In this document: positions 48,771 through 57,598 of the stretch, piece by piece
Numbering within the stretch: the first letter of the stretch is position 1
Layout: the number at the start of each line of letters is the position of its first letter
DNA from: an uncultured bacterium
GTDB taxonomy: Bacteria > UBP4 > UBA4092
Length of the DNA stretch: 64,000 nt
NCBI GenBank assembly: GCA_964644695.1
Contig: CAZXWN010000006.1
Span: forward strand, 196-64,195
Direction: 5' to 3'
The notes under the pieces: model-generated
Told to the model about the DNA's origin: nothing
Databases searched by the model: none
What the model saw: the letters and a program-made list of their open reading frames with translations, nothing else
Made by a program: the position numbers and the translations under genes

Positions 48771-50879
48771 ATGTTCAAAAAGATAGTACAAAATTATTTA
48801 CAGAAGAATTATACCCGACGTTCATTTGAAGTTCGGGATATTCATATTGCCTTCAAAAAGGAAGGTCTGGAATTATCTGACTTACGTCAAATCCTGCGAG
48901 AACTGGCGGATGAAGGAATATTACACCGAGTCCGCGGAAACCGATTTACAATGGCCTCTAATTTGAAATTGTTTACAGGCCGATTGGAAACCTTTGCCAA
49001 AGGATTTGGTTTCGTTATTTGTGAAGACCCCAATCAAGCGGATATTTATATAGATGCCCGTGATATTGGTAGAGCCATGGATGGGGACCAAGTCATGGTG
49101 CGATTGGAATCTAGTCGGCGCATGGGAAAGCCCGCAGGGACTATCGTACGCATCATATCCCGAAAGCGAAATCAATTAGTGGGCGTTTTGCAGAAGGGTA
49201 CTTACGGTTGGTATCTGGAGCCTGATGAGAAAAAGATTTGTCAGGACATCTTTGTTATTCCCAAACATACCCATGGTGCAAAACCTGGGCAGAAGGTCGT
49301 TCTCCGTTTGCTGGAGGATGAGTCGAAACGAGATTATCTGCAGGGTGAAATTATCAATATTCTGGGTTATCCCGGTGAACAGGGTGTAGATATTTCAAGC
49401 CTGATTTATCAATATGAGCTGCCGGGTGAGTTTCCAGAAAAGGTATTAAAAGCCGTTGAAGATTTTGATGATTCTAAGATATCTCCGGCAGGCCGTCTGG
49501 ATTTACGGGACAAACAAATTATCACCATCGACCCGGCAGATGCCAGGGATTTAGATGATGCTATTAGTCTGGAAATGACTCCGAAAGGTAATTACCTCCT
49601 GGGGGTTCATATTGCGGATGTCAGTCATTACGTTCAAGAAGGTGGTCCCCTGGACAAGGAAGCTCTTCACAGAGGGACTTCTGTTTATCTGGTGGACAGG
49701 GTTATTCCGATGTTGCCGCCGGCATTATCCAACGGAGTATGCAGTCTTCATCCAGGTGTGGACAGACTGACTTATTCCTGCTTTATGGAATTTGACCCAC
49801 AGGGACGGATGATTAATCATCACTTTGCGGATTCCATAATTCGTTCTGAGTGCCGATTTGATTATGACGAAGTTCAGGAAATCTTCGATAATCCCACCAG
49901 CCCATTACAACAGGAGTATCAGGCACAAACAGATCTTTTAGGGCGGATGAAGACGCTGGCCTTATTGATTCGGAATCGCCGTCAGCTTCGAGGCAGTATT
50001 GATTTTAATTTGCCGGAAGTTAAGGTGATTTTGGATGAAAAGGGAAAACCTGCCCAATTGAAGCGGGAAGAAAATACATTATCCCACCAAGTGATTGAGG
50101 AGTTCATGTTGTCGGCAAATATGACTGTTGCCAGTTATATGTCCAATCGACGCATACCATTTGTGTACCGGATTCACCCCTCACCGAATCATGAAAAGTT
50201 AATGGCTTTTGCTGATTTTGTTCGTACTTTGAATTATAAATTAAAGGTAACCGAACCCATGGAGCCCCGGGAGATTCAACGACTCCTGAAATCTGTTGCC
50301 GGGAAACCTGAAGAACATCTGGTAAATAACCTTATGCTGCGAACGATGCAGGAGGCGCGATACAGTGCTGAAAATGTAGGACACTTTGGATTGTCTGCTC
50401 CGTTCTATACGCATTTCACTTCACCCATTCGCCGGTATCCGGATCTGGTGGTTCATCGCTATTTACGCCGCGCATTACAAGGCAAGATGGACCGAATTGA
50501 TTCTGGAAAATTAACAGGGCACTTGGAAGAAATCTGTGTTCAATCCAGCAATATGGAGCGGCGAGCAACGGGTGCTGAAAGAGATTCTGTTGAAATGAAA
50601 AAACTGGAATTTCTGGAGAACCGTATTGGACAGGAGTTTGCAGGTGTGATTGATGGTGTGACAGGATTTGGGTTGTTTGTAGAGATTCAAGAATTTCTAG
50701 TGGATGGGTTGATACCTTTAGAAATGCTGGGGTCTGATGAATGGACTCATGATGAGAAACTGCATCAATTATCAGGTCGTAAATCCAGGAAGAAATATCG
50801 AATGGGTGATAAGGTTCGAGTTCAAATTGTCCGTGTCAATCGACATGAGCGGAAGATGGATTTGGCTTTAGCAAAATAG
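48771..50879 (+). CDS. rnr: Ribonuclease R
   Basis: Cold-shock domains, TIDPADARDLDDA, HFTSPIRRYPDL, C-terminal S1. Confidence 0.95.
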   Translation: MFKKIVQNYLQKNYTRRSFEVRDIHIAFKKEGLELSDLRQILRELADEGILHRVRGNRFTMASNLKLFTGRLETFAKGFGFVICEDPNQADIYIDARDIGRAMDGDQVMVRLESSRRMGKPAGTIVRIISRKRNQLVGVLQKGTYGWYLEPDEKKICQDIFVIPKHTHGAKPGQKVVLRLLEDESKRDYLQGEIINILGYPGEQGVDISSLIYQYELPGEFPEKVLKAVEDFDDSKISPAGRLDLRDKQIITIDPADARDLDDAISLEMTPKGNYLLGVHIADVSHYVQEGGPLDKEALHRGTSVYLVDRVIPMLPPALSNGVCSLHPGVDRLTYSCFMEFDPQGRMINHHFADSIIRSECRFDYDEVQEIFDNPTSPLQQEYQAQTDLLGRMKTLALLIRNRRQLRGSIDFNLPEVKVILDEKGKPAQLKREENTLSHQVIEEFMLSANMTVASYMSNRRIPFVYRIHPSPNHEKLMAFADFVRTLNYKLKVTEPMEPREIQRLLKSVAGKPEEHLVNNLMLRTMQEARYSAENVGHFGLSAPFYTHFTSPIRRYPDLVVHRYLRRALQGKMDRIDSGKLTGHLEEICVQSSNMERRATGAERDSVEMKKLEFLENRIGQEFAGVIDGVTGFGLFVEIQEFLVDGLIPLEMLGSDEWTHDEKLHQLSGRKSRKKYRMGDKVRVQIVRVNRHERKMDLALAK

Positions 50880-50902
50880 TCCACAGAATATCTAAAACAA
50901 AT

Positions 50903-50937
50903 AGGGGATTCACTTTATTAAGAGTGAATCCCCTTTT
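50903..50937. terminator. Intrinsic terminator between convergent rnr and hup
   Basis: aggggattcact/agtgaatcccct. Confidence 0.75.
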
Positions 50938-50961
50938 GATTTAATACGAGTAAAGAAAGGA

Positions 50962-51240
50962 TTACTTATTGACCAGATCTTTCAGAGCCTTACCAGGAGT
51001 AAATTTGGGCGCTTTGCGAGCCGCAATCTTAATCTCCTTACCAGTCTGTGGGTTACGACCGGTGCGGGCTTTTTTCTTCACGACAGAGAAGTTTCCGAAA
51101 CCGATAAGTGCAACCTTCTTACCTTTCTTTAGCTGTTCAGCAATGGAGTCCAAAACGGCATCCACGGCTGCGGCAGCTGCTTTTTTGGTCTCGAGACCAG
51201 CTTTCTTAGCAACCGCTTCGATCAGTTCCTGCTTGTTCAT
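50962..51240 (-). CDS. hup: DNA-binding protein HU
   Basis: [27 protein letters not shown]. Confidence 0.96.
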   Translation of the reverse strand: MNKQELIEAVAKKAGLETKKAAAAAVDAVLDSIAEQLKKGKKVALIGFGNFSVVKKKARTGRNPQTGKEIKIAARKAPKFTPGKALKDLVNK

Positions 51241-51288
51241 TCCAATACCCCCTTTACAATAATTTGAGTATGTTAGAAAACCTCTTGA

Positions 51289-51316
51289 ATATTAGCAAAA
51301 CCCCTTGTATTGTCAA
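51289..51316 (-). promoter_or_regulatory. Putative hup promoter
   Basis: Minus-strand TTGACA-16bp-TAATAT with extended TG. Confidence 0.5.
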
Positions 51317-51502
51317 TCTTTTTTTAATGTTTTCCCGAAAATAATTATTTCCTGGAATATGGAAAAACTGCACCAATTGGCCTTTTTACCCTTGGGTGAA
51401 AAGAAGAAGGTTGCTTTAACTTGTTGATAAGCAGTTGATTAGGAGTGAGTTGAAAAAGTATGGGATTGACGGGTATCACGATTTCTCTATAAAGTAGAAC
51501 AC

Positions 51503-52648
51503 ATGATGTGGAATCGACAATTGCAGGAAGAACAGGAAAATCGCACACTGGCTCACTATTCAATGTTGAGTTGTAACAGTGAGGGACGTTCATATCCTGA
51601 GCCGGAACATCCCTTTCGTACGGCATTTCAACGAGACCGTGATCGGATCATTCACTCAACGGCTTTCCGCCGGTTGCAATACAAAACCCAGGTTTATATC
51701 ACCATGGAAGGTGACTATTATCGGACGCGTCTGACTCACACCCTGGAAGTTGCCCAAATAGCTCGGAGTCTGGCCCGGATGCTTCAGGTCAATGAAGACC
51801 TGACGGAGGCTATTGCTTTAGGACATGATTTGGGCCACACACCTTTTGGTCATGCCGGTGAATGGGTCCTGGATCGCTTAATGAGTGGTGACGGTGGATT
51901 TGAACATAATCGGCAAGGTCTTCGTGTGGTAGATTGGCTCGAAGATAAGTATGTTGCATTTCCGGGTTTGAATTTAACACGAGAAGTCCGTGAAGGTATT
52001 CTGAAGCATGCTGTTTTGGAAAACGACTCCGGCAACCAGCGACAGCAGACAACCCTGGAAGGTCAATTGGTAGATATGTCTGATGCCCTGGCTTATAACA
52101 CTCACGATTTGGACGATGCTTTGCAGGAAGGCTTACTGACGCTGGATGATATGAAGCCGATTGAGATTTGGCAGACCCGATATGAAAGGATTATCTTCAA
52201 TCAGCCATATATTTCCTGGAATACAGCGCGTTCAATGACTATTCGAATGATGATCAATGCGTTGGTTGATGACCTGGTGCAAGAGACGGGCAGACGGCTG
52301 GAATCGTATGGGATTTCAGATTCTGAATCTATCCGGCGTCATCCCGAAAAGACGGCTGCTTTCAGTCCAGAAATGGCGAGACAGTTGAAGGAACTGCAAG
52401 TATTTTTGACCCAACGGGTTTATCGACATCCCCTGATGAAGGAACGAAACGAATTGGCTGAAACGATACTCTCCTGCCTGTTTGATAAATATCTGAAACA
52501 CCCGGACCAGATTCCAGAAACAATGACTCGCCGACTTGTCGGTGTGACACGCAAGCGGACTGTCTGTGATGTTATCGCCAGTATGACGGATCGGTTGGCT
52601 CAAGAGTTATATGAAGTACAAATTACAAATAAGGAAAATCGGGGTTGA
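51503..52648 (+). CDS. dgt: Deoxyguanosinetriphosphate triphosphohydrolase
   Basis: FQRDRDRIIHS.AFRRLQYKTQV, RTRLTHTLEV, HDLGHTPFGHAGE. Confidence 0.95.
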   Translation: MMWNRQLQEEQENRTLAHYSMLSCNSEGRSYPEPEHPFRTAFQRDRDRIIHSTAFRRLQYKTQVYITMEGDYYRTRLTHTLEVAQIARSLARMLQVNEDLTEAIALGHDLGHTPFGHAGEWVLDRLMSGDGGFEHNRQGLRVVDWLEDKYVAFPGLNLTREVREGILKHAVLENDSGNQRQQTTLEGQLVDMSDALAYNTHDLDDALQEGLLTLDDMKPIEIWQTRYERIIFNQPYISWNTARSMTIRMMINALVDDLVQETGRRLESYGISDSESIRRHPEKTAAFSPEMARQLKELQVFLTQRVYRHPLMKERNELAETILSCLFDKYLKHPDQIPETMTRRLVGVTRKRTVCDVIASMTDRLAQELYEVQITNKENRG

Positions 52649-52785
52649 TTCTCCTTTTAAATCTACTGAGTTTGTTATAATAGCAAAAGGTATGGGATTA
52701 AGAATCATAAGTCTGGATTTATCCGGTCGGGATTAACTGGGGACTGGGAAAATCTGGATTATTTTGGAAAGGAGGGTTCCTTTTT

Positions 52786-53166
52786 ATGGCAACCCGAAAG
52801 AAAGTATCCGCATCTGAGCCGGTTGAGAAAAAAACTGCCCCTGTGAAGAAAACGACTGTTAAAAAGACAACAGCGAAAACTTCTACGACGGTCTCTAAAC
52901 CCAAAACAAAATCAGTGGTCCTGGAATTAGCGGCGCCGTATGCCCGTATGGTTTACCTGGCAGGCGAATTCAATGACTGGAGTGACCAGTCACATCCTCT
53001 AAAACAAGATGCAAAAACGGGGCTTTGGAAAATTACAATCAAGCTCCAACCTGGTTTGTATCACTATAAGTTTGTGGTTGATGGGGAGTGGTGGTCTGAT
53101 CCATCCAATCCTAATTGGGAATGGAACCAGTATGGTTCACATAACTCCTTTTTGAAAGTTGAATAA
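52786..53166 (+). CDS. Glycogen-binding (CBM48/AMPK-beta-like, early-set) domain protein with K/T-rich N-terminus
   Basis: VYLAGEFNDW, W...L.PG.Y.YKFVVDG.W..DPSNP, NS. Confidence 0.87.
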   Translation: MATRKKVSASEPVEKKTAPVKKTTVKKTTAKTSTTVSKPKTKSVVLELAAPYARMVYLAGEFNDWSDQSHPLKQDAKTGLWKITIKLQPGLYHYKFVVDGEWWSDPSNPNWEWNQYGSHNSFLKVE

Positions 53167-53174
53167 TCAAAATT

Positions 53175-53213
53175 AAAATCCCCGGGAGGTGGAAACCTTC
53201 CGGGGATTTTTTT
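53175..53213. terminator. Bidirectional intrinsic terminator
   Basis: aaaatccccgg/ccggggatttt between convergent genes. Confidence 0.8.
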
Positions 53214-53222
53214 GTGTATTGT

Positions 53223-53774
53223 TTATGGACCAAAGCGGAGGATGTCTCCGTCACTGGTGGTTCCATTGGTGGGGTCATACTGTACTTCGCCTTCGTCATC
53301 ATCGACATCCGGTCCATGACTGGCAATATACCACATTCGGTTATTTCCGGCCCCAGGTTGTTCATTGTAATAACTCTCATACACTTCGGCAACACGGTCT
53401 AGCGTTTGATTTCCATTCAGATAATGAAAAGGATGATAGGGAGGTCTGCCTGATTCATTACTCTGGTTGGGGAATACTTCCTTTGTCAAAGATGACAAAT
53501 AGGCCACTGGAGTGGTCAGATTAATGGGCATAAAGAACTCACCTTCAGCTTCGTCATCCAGAGAATTGTTGTACCACGGATAAACATTATTATCGACATA
53601 ATAAGATTCTATTCCGGTGGCGGCGGTCTGCATTTCAGCCTTTACTCTGGAAACCTTACTTCGAACCTGGGCATTCAGAAAATTGGGGATGGCAATCGCC
53701 GCTAAAATGGCGATGATGGCCACAACAATCAATAATTCAATCAGGGTAAAACCCTGTCGAGAACGAGACAACAT
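53223..53774 (-). CDS. Type IV pilin / pseudopilin-like protein (copy B)
   Basis: RQG|FTLIELLIVVAIIAILAAIAIPNF; shares LTTPVAYLSSL and YDPxNGT with copy A. Confidence 0.9.
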   Translation of the reverse strand: MLSRSRQGFTLIELLIVVAIIAILAAIAIPNFLNAQVRSKVSRVKAEMQTAATGIESYYVDNNVYPWYNNSLDDEAEGEFFMPINLTTPVAYLSSLTKEVFPNQSNESGRPPYHPFHYLNGNQTLDRVAEVYESYYNEQPGAGNNRMWYIASHGPDVDDDEGEVQYDPTNGTTSDGDILRFGP

Positions 53775-53783
53775 GGTGATACG

Positions 53784-53855
53784 CTCCTTTAATTTTTGGG
53801 ATTTAGTTTTAATGTGGAAAAGTAATGGTTAAAAACTAAACCGATAAAGGAGGCG
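53784..53855 (-). promoter_or_regulatory. SD-sequestering hairpin (putative translational attenuator)
   Basis: CTCCTTTA (53845-53852, in the PP-L codons) is the exact complement of SD TAAAGGAG (53784-53791); inner stem TTTAGTTTT/AAAACTAAA. Confidence 0.75.
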
Positions 53856-54306
53856 CACGGGGAGATTGCGGGTCATAAAAATACTGGATAAGGGGTTTAT
53901 CAGGCTCAGGAATGAACCAGATGAAAGAAACAAGGGCAACCCATAATAGAGTTAATTCAGCAGGGATGCTGCCTAATAAAACTTGTTTCCCCATACAAAC
54001 CCTGCAGGGTTTGTGGGGAGGATGAGAATGTTCAGCATGGGTGTGGCTGAGGGTGTACCCTATACCGGACAACAGGGTGATGGTTAGTAAAAATAAACTG
54101 ATACAAGACCAAAATATAAAATCGGGAAGATAAGAAAATAAAGAGTTTTCAAAAGTACAAACAGGACAATGTTGAGCCATACCGACCGCCAGGCTTGCAT
54201 GTCCGTGTAATGGAGATATACCAGTCAGGGTAATCAGTGAAAATAAAATCAGGATAATAATAGCGGTTAATTTCTGATTTCTAAAGCTGTTTACTATTTT
54301 GACCAT
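53836..54306 (-). CDS. DUF2946/CruR-like leader protein with two HxH..CxxC modules and C-terminal RAPP
   Basis: HGH..CPVC, HTH..CRVC, hydrophobic segments, ends PQSPRAPPLSV. Confidence 0.75.
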   Translation of the reverse strand: MVKIVNSFRNQKLTAIIILILFSLITLTGISPLHGHASLAVGMAQHCPVCTFENSLFSYLPDFIFWSCISLFLLTITLLSGIGYTLSHTHAEHSHPPHKPCRVCMGKQVLLGSIPAELTLLWVALVSFIWFIPEPDKPLIQYFYDPQSPRAPPLSV

Positions 54307-54463
54307 CTTAGTATTGTATCTGAAATGAATAACTTTAATGCCACTATATATTTGTTACAGGCATTTTGATGGTTCCTGCCGGAGGTGTTCTTTAGGAATA
54401 TATTGACCATCTCAAATCTCAATGTAATTCATCTAAAAACAAGCCTTTACTTCATTAATTGTG

Positions 54464-54510
54464 ACGAATCATCCACGGAGCAGCTCGGACCAGGTCCGTG
54501 GATGATTCGT
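54464..54510. repeat. 47-bp palindromic intergenic repeat, copy 3 (perfect 16-bp arms)
   Basis: acgaatcatccacgga-gcagctcggaccagg-tccgtggatgattcgt. Confidence 0.88.
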
Positions 54511-54568
54511 TATTGAAAAAAGAGAAGAAAATTGATTACAGGAAGAGCTTTATTGTTTATTCTGATGA

Positions 54569-55561
54569 TTAGAGGGTGGGGAGGGTTTCCAGATATTGAT
54601 TCGTCAGATTACAAAATTCAGCGTACTGGTGAATATTGTTGAGCTGACCACGAAGATGAGAGGCTCTCGGCCATCCTTCAATATAATAATGAGCATGAGT
54701 CCGAAACATCCTGCAGGCAATATCTTCGCCATAAATATCAACCATCATCGAAAGATGTTCCCGCATTAATGCAATTCTCTCGGAAACTGGAGGTTCTGGA
54801 CTGGCAATTTGTCCCGATAACAGTTCAAGTGTTTGGGCAAATATCCACGGATGACCCATGGCACCCCGGGCAAGCATCGCCCCATCAATTCCCGTTTCAT
54901 TGAACATCCGGATAATATCCGGAGCTTTCATCAGTCCCCCAGACCCGATAACCGGAATGTTCAGGATAGCTTTGAGTTCCTTTAATAATTCCCATCTGGG
55001 AGTGCCGGAATAGGGTTTATCTGCTGTTCTGGGGTGTAGTGTGATAGCTGACAGTCCCGTTCCTTTAAGTTTTTCTGCAATCTCCAGAATGTTAATGGTA
55101 TTTTCTGTTCTCCCAGACCGAATCTTGATCGTTACCGGCACCTTCACCGCCGAGACCATTTGATGAATCATCTCTGCCAGACGGTCAGGGTCGGACATCA
55201 TGGCCGCCCCCGCATTTTGTTTGATTACTTTTTTTACGGGACATCCACAATTGATATCAATGACAGCCGCTCCATGGTCTTCCACAATACGGGCGGCTTT
55301 GACCATTCGGTCAGGTTCGGAACCAAATAATTGAACTCCCAGAGGCTGGTCATCGGGAGTGGTTTTTAACATTTCAAAGGTCTTTTTAGAATCGTAATGA
55401 AGCGCCGTTGCGGATACCATCTCCGTAAAAGCCAGGGCCGCCCCATACCGTCTGCACAAAAGCCGAAAGGGTAAATCAGTGAATCCAGCCAGTGGAGCCA
55501 GGATCAAAGGATTTGGAAGGGTCAGAGTGCCTATTTTCAGGGGTTGAATCATAAAGTTCAA
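54569..55561 (-). CDS. dusB: tRNA-dihydrouridine synthase B
   Basis: LAPLAGFTD.PFR, TEMVSA, VQLFG, DINCGCP, VTIKIR, HPRT. Confidence 0.94.
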   Translation of the reverse strand: MNFMIQPLKIGTLTLPNPLILAPLAGFTDLPFRLLCRRYGAALAFTEMVSATALHYDSKKTFEMLKTTPDDQPLGVQLFGSEPDRMVKAARIVEDHGAAVIDINCGCPVKKVIKQNAGAAMMSDPDRLAEMIHQMVSAVKVPVTIKIRSGRTENTINILEIAEKLKGTGLSAITLHPRTADKPYSGTPRWELLKELKAILNIPVIGSGGLMKAPDIIRMFNETGIDGAMLARGAMGHPWIFAQTLELLSGQIASPEPPVSERIALMREHLSMMVDIYGEDIACRMFRTHAHYYIEGWPRASHLRGQLNNIHQYAEFCNLTNQYLETLPTL

Positions 55562-55851
55562 AGGGTAATATGTTTATTCATACAATAATCAGATTTTAGA
55601 ACACTCCTTCATTTTAAGGAGGAGTGGTAGATTCGCCGTCGAAATGATTGATTTTTTATTTTACAACTAAATCCCTATTCCTATCATCTTTATAGTCTAC
55701 CCCTCCGTCAACGAGTGGTCTTTACGGAATGTATTTATAAAATAATTGTCAGGATTTGGGCTTTGAGATTGTCTATATATAAAGAAGGTCTGATACGGCG
55801 TTGTCAGAATCTGAAAAGTTATTTATAATCCAACAAACAAGGAGTGTTGAT

Positions 55852-57243
55852 ATGAAACTCATCCAGGGACTGCGTTGGTTCATTATTATTATCTGTCTGG
55901 GAGCTTTTATTGTCCCAACATTGGTACATGCGGATTTAATCTTTCTTAAAAACGGGAAAATTATCGAAGGGTCTGTGAAAAATCCTGAAGGCCCGATTCT
56001 GGACATCGAAACCGGTCGTGGAATTATGAAGATCAATAAATCCACCGTAGAACGGATTCAGTATCAACCGAAAACAAATGAATTTACGAATTTTGTCCTG
56101 GAAGTTTACAGCGATGTAAAGAAAGAGAATACGGACAGGGTTATCCAATATTTGGTGGCAAAGGGTGTGGAACGAGTCCGGATGACCTTTGAGGATCCTT
56201 ATTATAAGGTCAATGTGGGCCCTTTCCCGAAGGAATCCGAAGCATTGGATGTGTCTCAGAAAATCGGAGCCATGGGGGTTCCCTTTGTGGCGGCAGATAA
56301 ACTCCGAATTATTCAGATTAAAGCCAAACAGGCCGCGGCCTTTTTTGAGAAACCTTCCGCCAGTATGGTCCAAACCAATATTGCCCTGTCTGAAAATGGA
56401 GCCAAAGTGGAAGCGGATTCATTCCAGGAGGGTTTCCCGGCACTAAATGCTGTGGACGGTAATGTTCGTGACCCGGAAAGCCGTTGGATTTCAAAAAATA
56501 TTCCCGGATCCCACTCCCTGGTTATTCAGTTTCCTGAACCGAAACCCTTTGAACGCATTGAGATATACACTGGAGGGGAAACCGATCCTGCGTATGTCCT
56601 GAAAGACTTCTCCGTCCAATACTGGAATGGTGTGGAATGGGTGGATTTAGGTAATGTTCGGGGAAATCTGGCTGAAAATCCCAGTTTTAGTTTCTCTCCC
56701 GTTACTTCTAATCGGGTTCGTCTTTATGTTACGGGAAGCAATTATCTGGATAATGCTGCCAGAGTGTTTGAAATCAATGTCTTATCCAAGCAGGAAAGGC
56801 AAATGTCTGCCTTGCCTCGCGAAAAACAAACTCGTGCAGAATTTAACCTGATTGACCCTGAATTCTTGAAGTCTAACGGAGTTTTTACTACAAAACCGGG
56901 ACAATGGTATGAAATCCCTGTCAAACTTACTTATGAAGTGACCTCTGCCACTGGAATAAATCTGGCGATCAACCCCGATTTTGACAGTTATTGGAAGGAC
57001 CTTAAGTTCCGTGAATACATTGGGTTATCGACGGTAGAGGCCAGCACTACCCTTAATTTCGATACCAAATTTGCCGAAAATCCGACTGTGGAAGGGTTGG
57101 GACAGTTAAAAGCACATCTTCGAAGCCGTACCCCCGCCCGTCCCGGCACCTACCCCCGGTCCATTCGAGTTAACTTCTATGACCCGGCAAATTATAATAT
57201 GCTCCGGACCCGGGAATTTACATTCCAACTTGTCGTTGAATGA
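55852..57243 (+). CDS. Secreted multidomain protein with SPOR-like and discoidin (F5/8 type C)-like domains
   Basis: Signal peptide ..VHA|DLIFLKNG; YKVNVGPF...EA; AVDGN..SRW..LKDFSVQ..VRLYV; ATG 55852 behind AAGGAG. Confidence 0.72.
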   Translation: MKLIQGLRWFIIIICLGAFIVPTLVHADLIFLKNGKIIEGSVKNPEGPILDIETGRGIMKINKSTVERIQYQPKTNEFTNFVLEVYSDVKKENTDRVIQYLVAKGVERVRMTFEDPYYKVNVGPFPKESEALDVSQKIGAMGVPFVAADKLRIIQIKAKQAAAFFEKPSASMVQTNIALSENGAKVEADSFQEGFPALNAVDGNVRDPESRWISKNIPGSHSLVIQFPEPKPFERIEIYTGGETDPAYVLKDFSVQYWNGVEWVDLGNVRGNLAENPSFSFSPVTSNRVRLYVTGSNYLDNAARVFEINVLSKQERQMSALPREKQTRAEFNLIDPEFLKSNGVFTTKPGQWYEIPVKLTYEVTSATGINLAINPDFDSYWKDLKFREYIGLSTVEASTTLNFDTKFAENPTVEGLGQLKAHLRSRTPARPGTYPRSIRVNFYDPANYNMLRTREFTFQLVVE

Positions 57244-57265
57244 TATCGCATTTTAGTGCGTTTTC

Positions 57266-57295
57266 TTGACAGTAGGAACCTATTGACGGTATGAT
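57266..57295 (+). promoter_or_regulatory. Putative rpsU-apt promoter
   Basis: TTGACA-18bp-TATGAT. Confidence 0.6.
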
Positions 57296-57383
57296 ATTAG
57301 GACGGCAATGTCACAGAGGTCAGTATTGCCGTTTATTAGACGAAATTTTTAACCTTATATAGAAATGGGGTGTCCCATCTATC

Positions 57384-57581
57384 ATGGCAGAAGTGCGGAT
57401 TTCAGAGAATGAAACCATAGACCGCGCTTTGAAACGCTTCAAAAAAGAATGTGAAAAACATGGCATTCTGGCTGAAGTGAAAAAACGGGAGTTCTATGAA
57501 AAGCCCAGTGTCAAGCGTAAACGGAAAAGAATTGCAGCCATTCGCAAAATCAAAAAACGTGAGTCTAAATTTAACAGATAA
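57384..57581 (+). CDS. rpsU: 30S ribosomal protein S21
   Basis: [29 protein letters not shown]. Confidence 0.97.
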   Translation: MAEVRISENETIDRALKRFKKECEKHGILAEVKKREFYEKPSVKRKRKRIAAIRKIKKRESKFNR

Positions 57582-57598
57582 ATATTAGGAGTTCTCGA

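Noticed and set aside
11946-54510. 47-bp palindromes as CRISPR repeats
   Set aside because: Copies are 19-23 kb apart, single, with no spacers and no cas genes.
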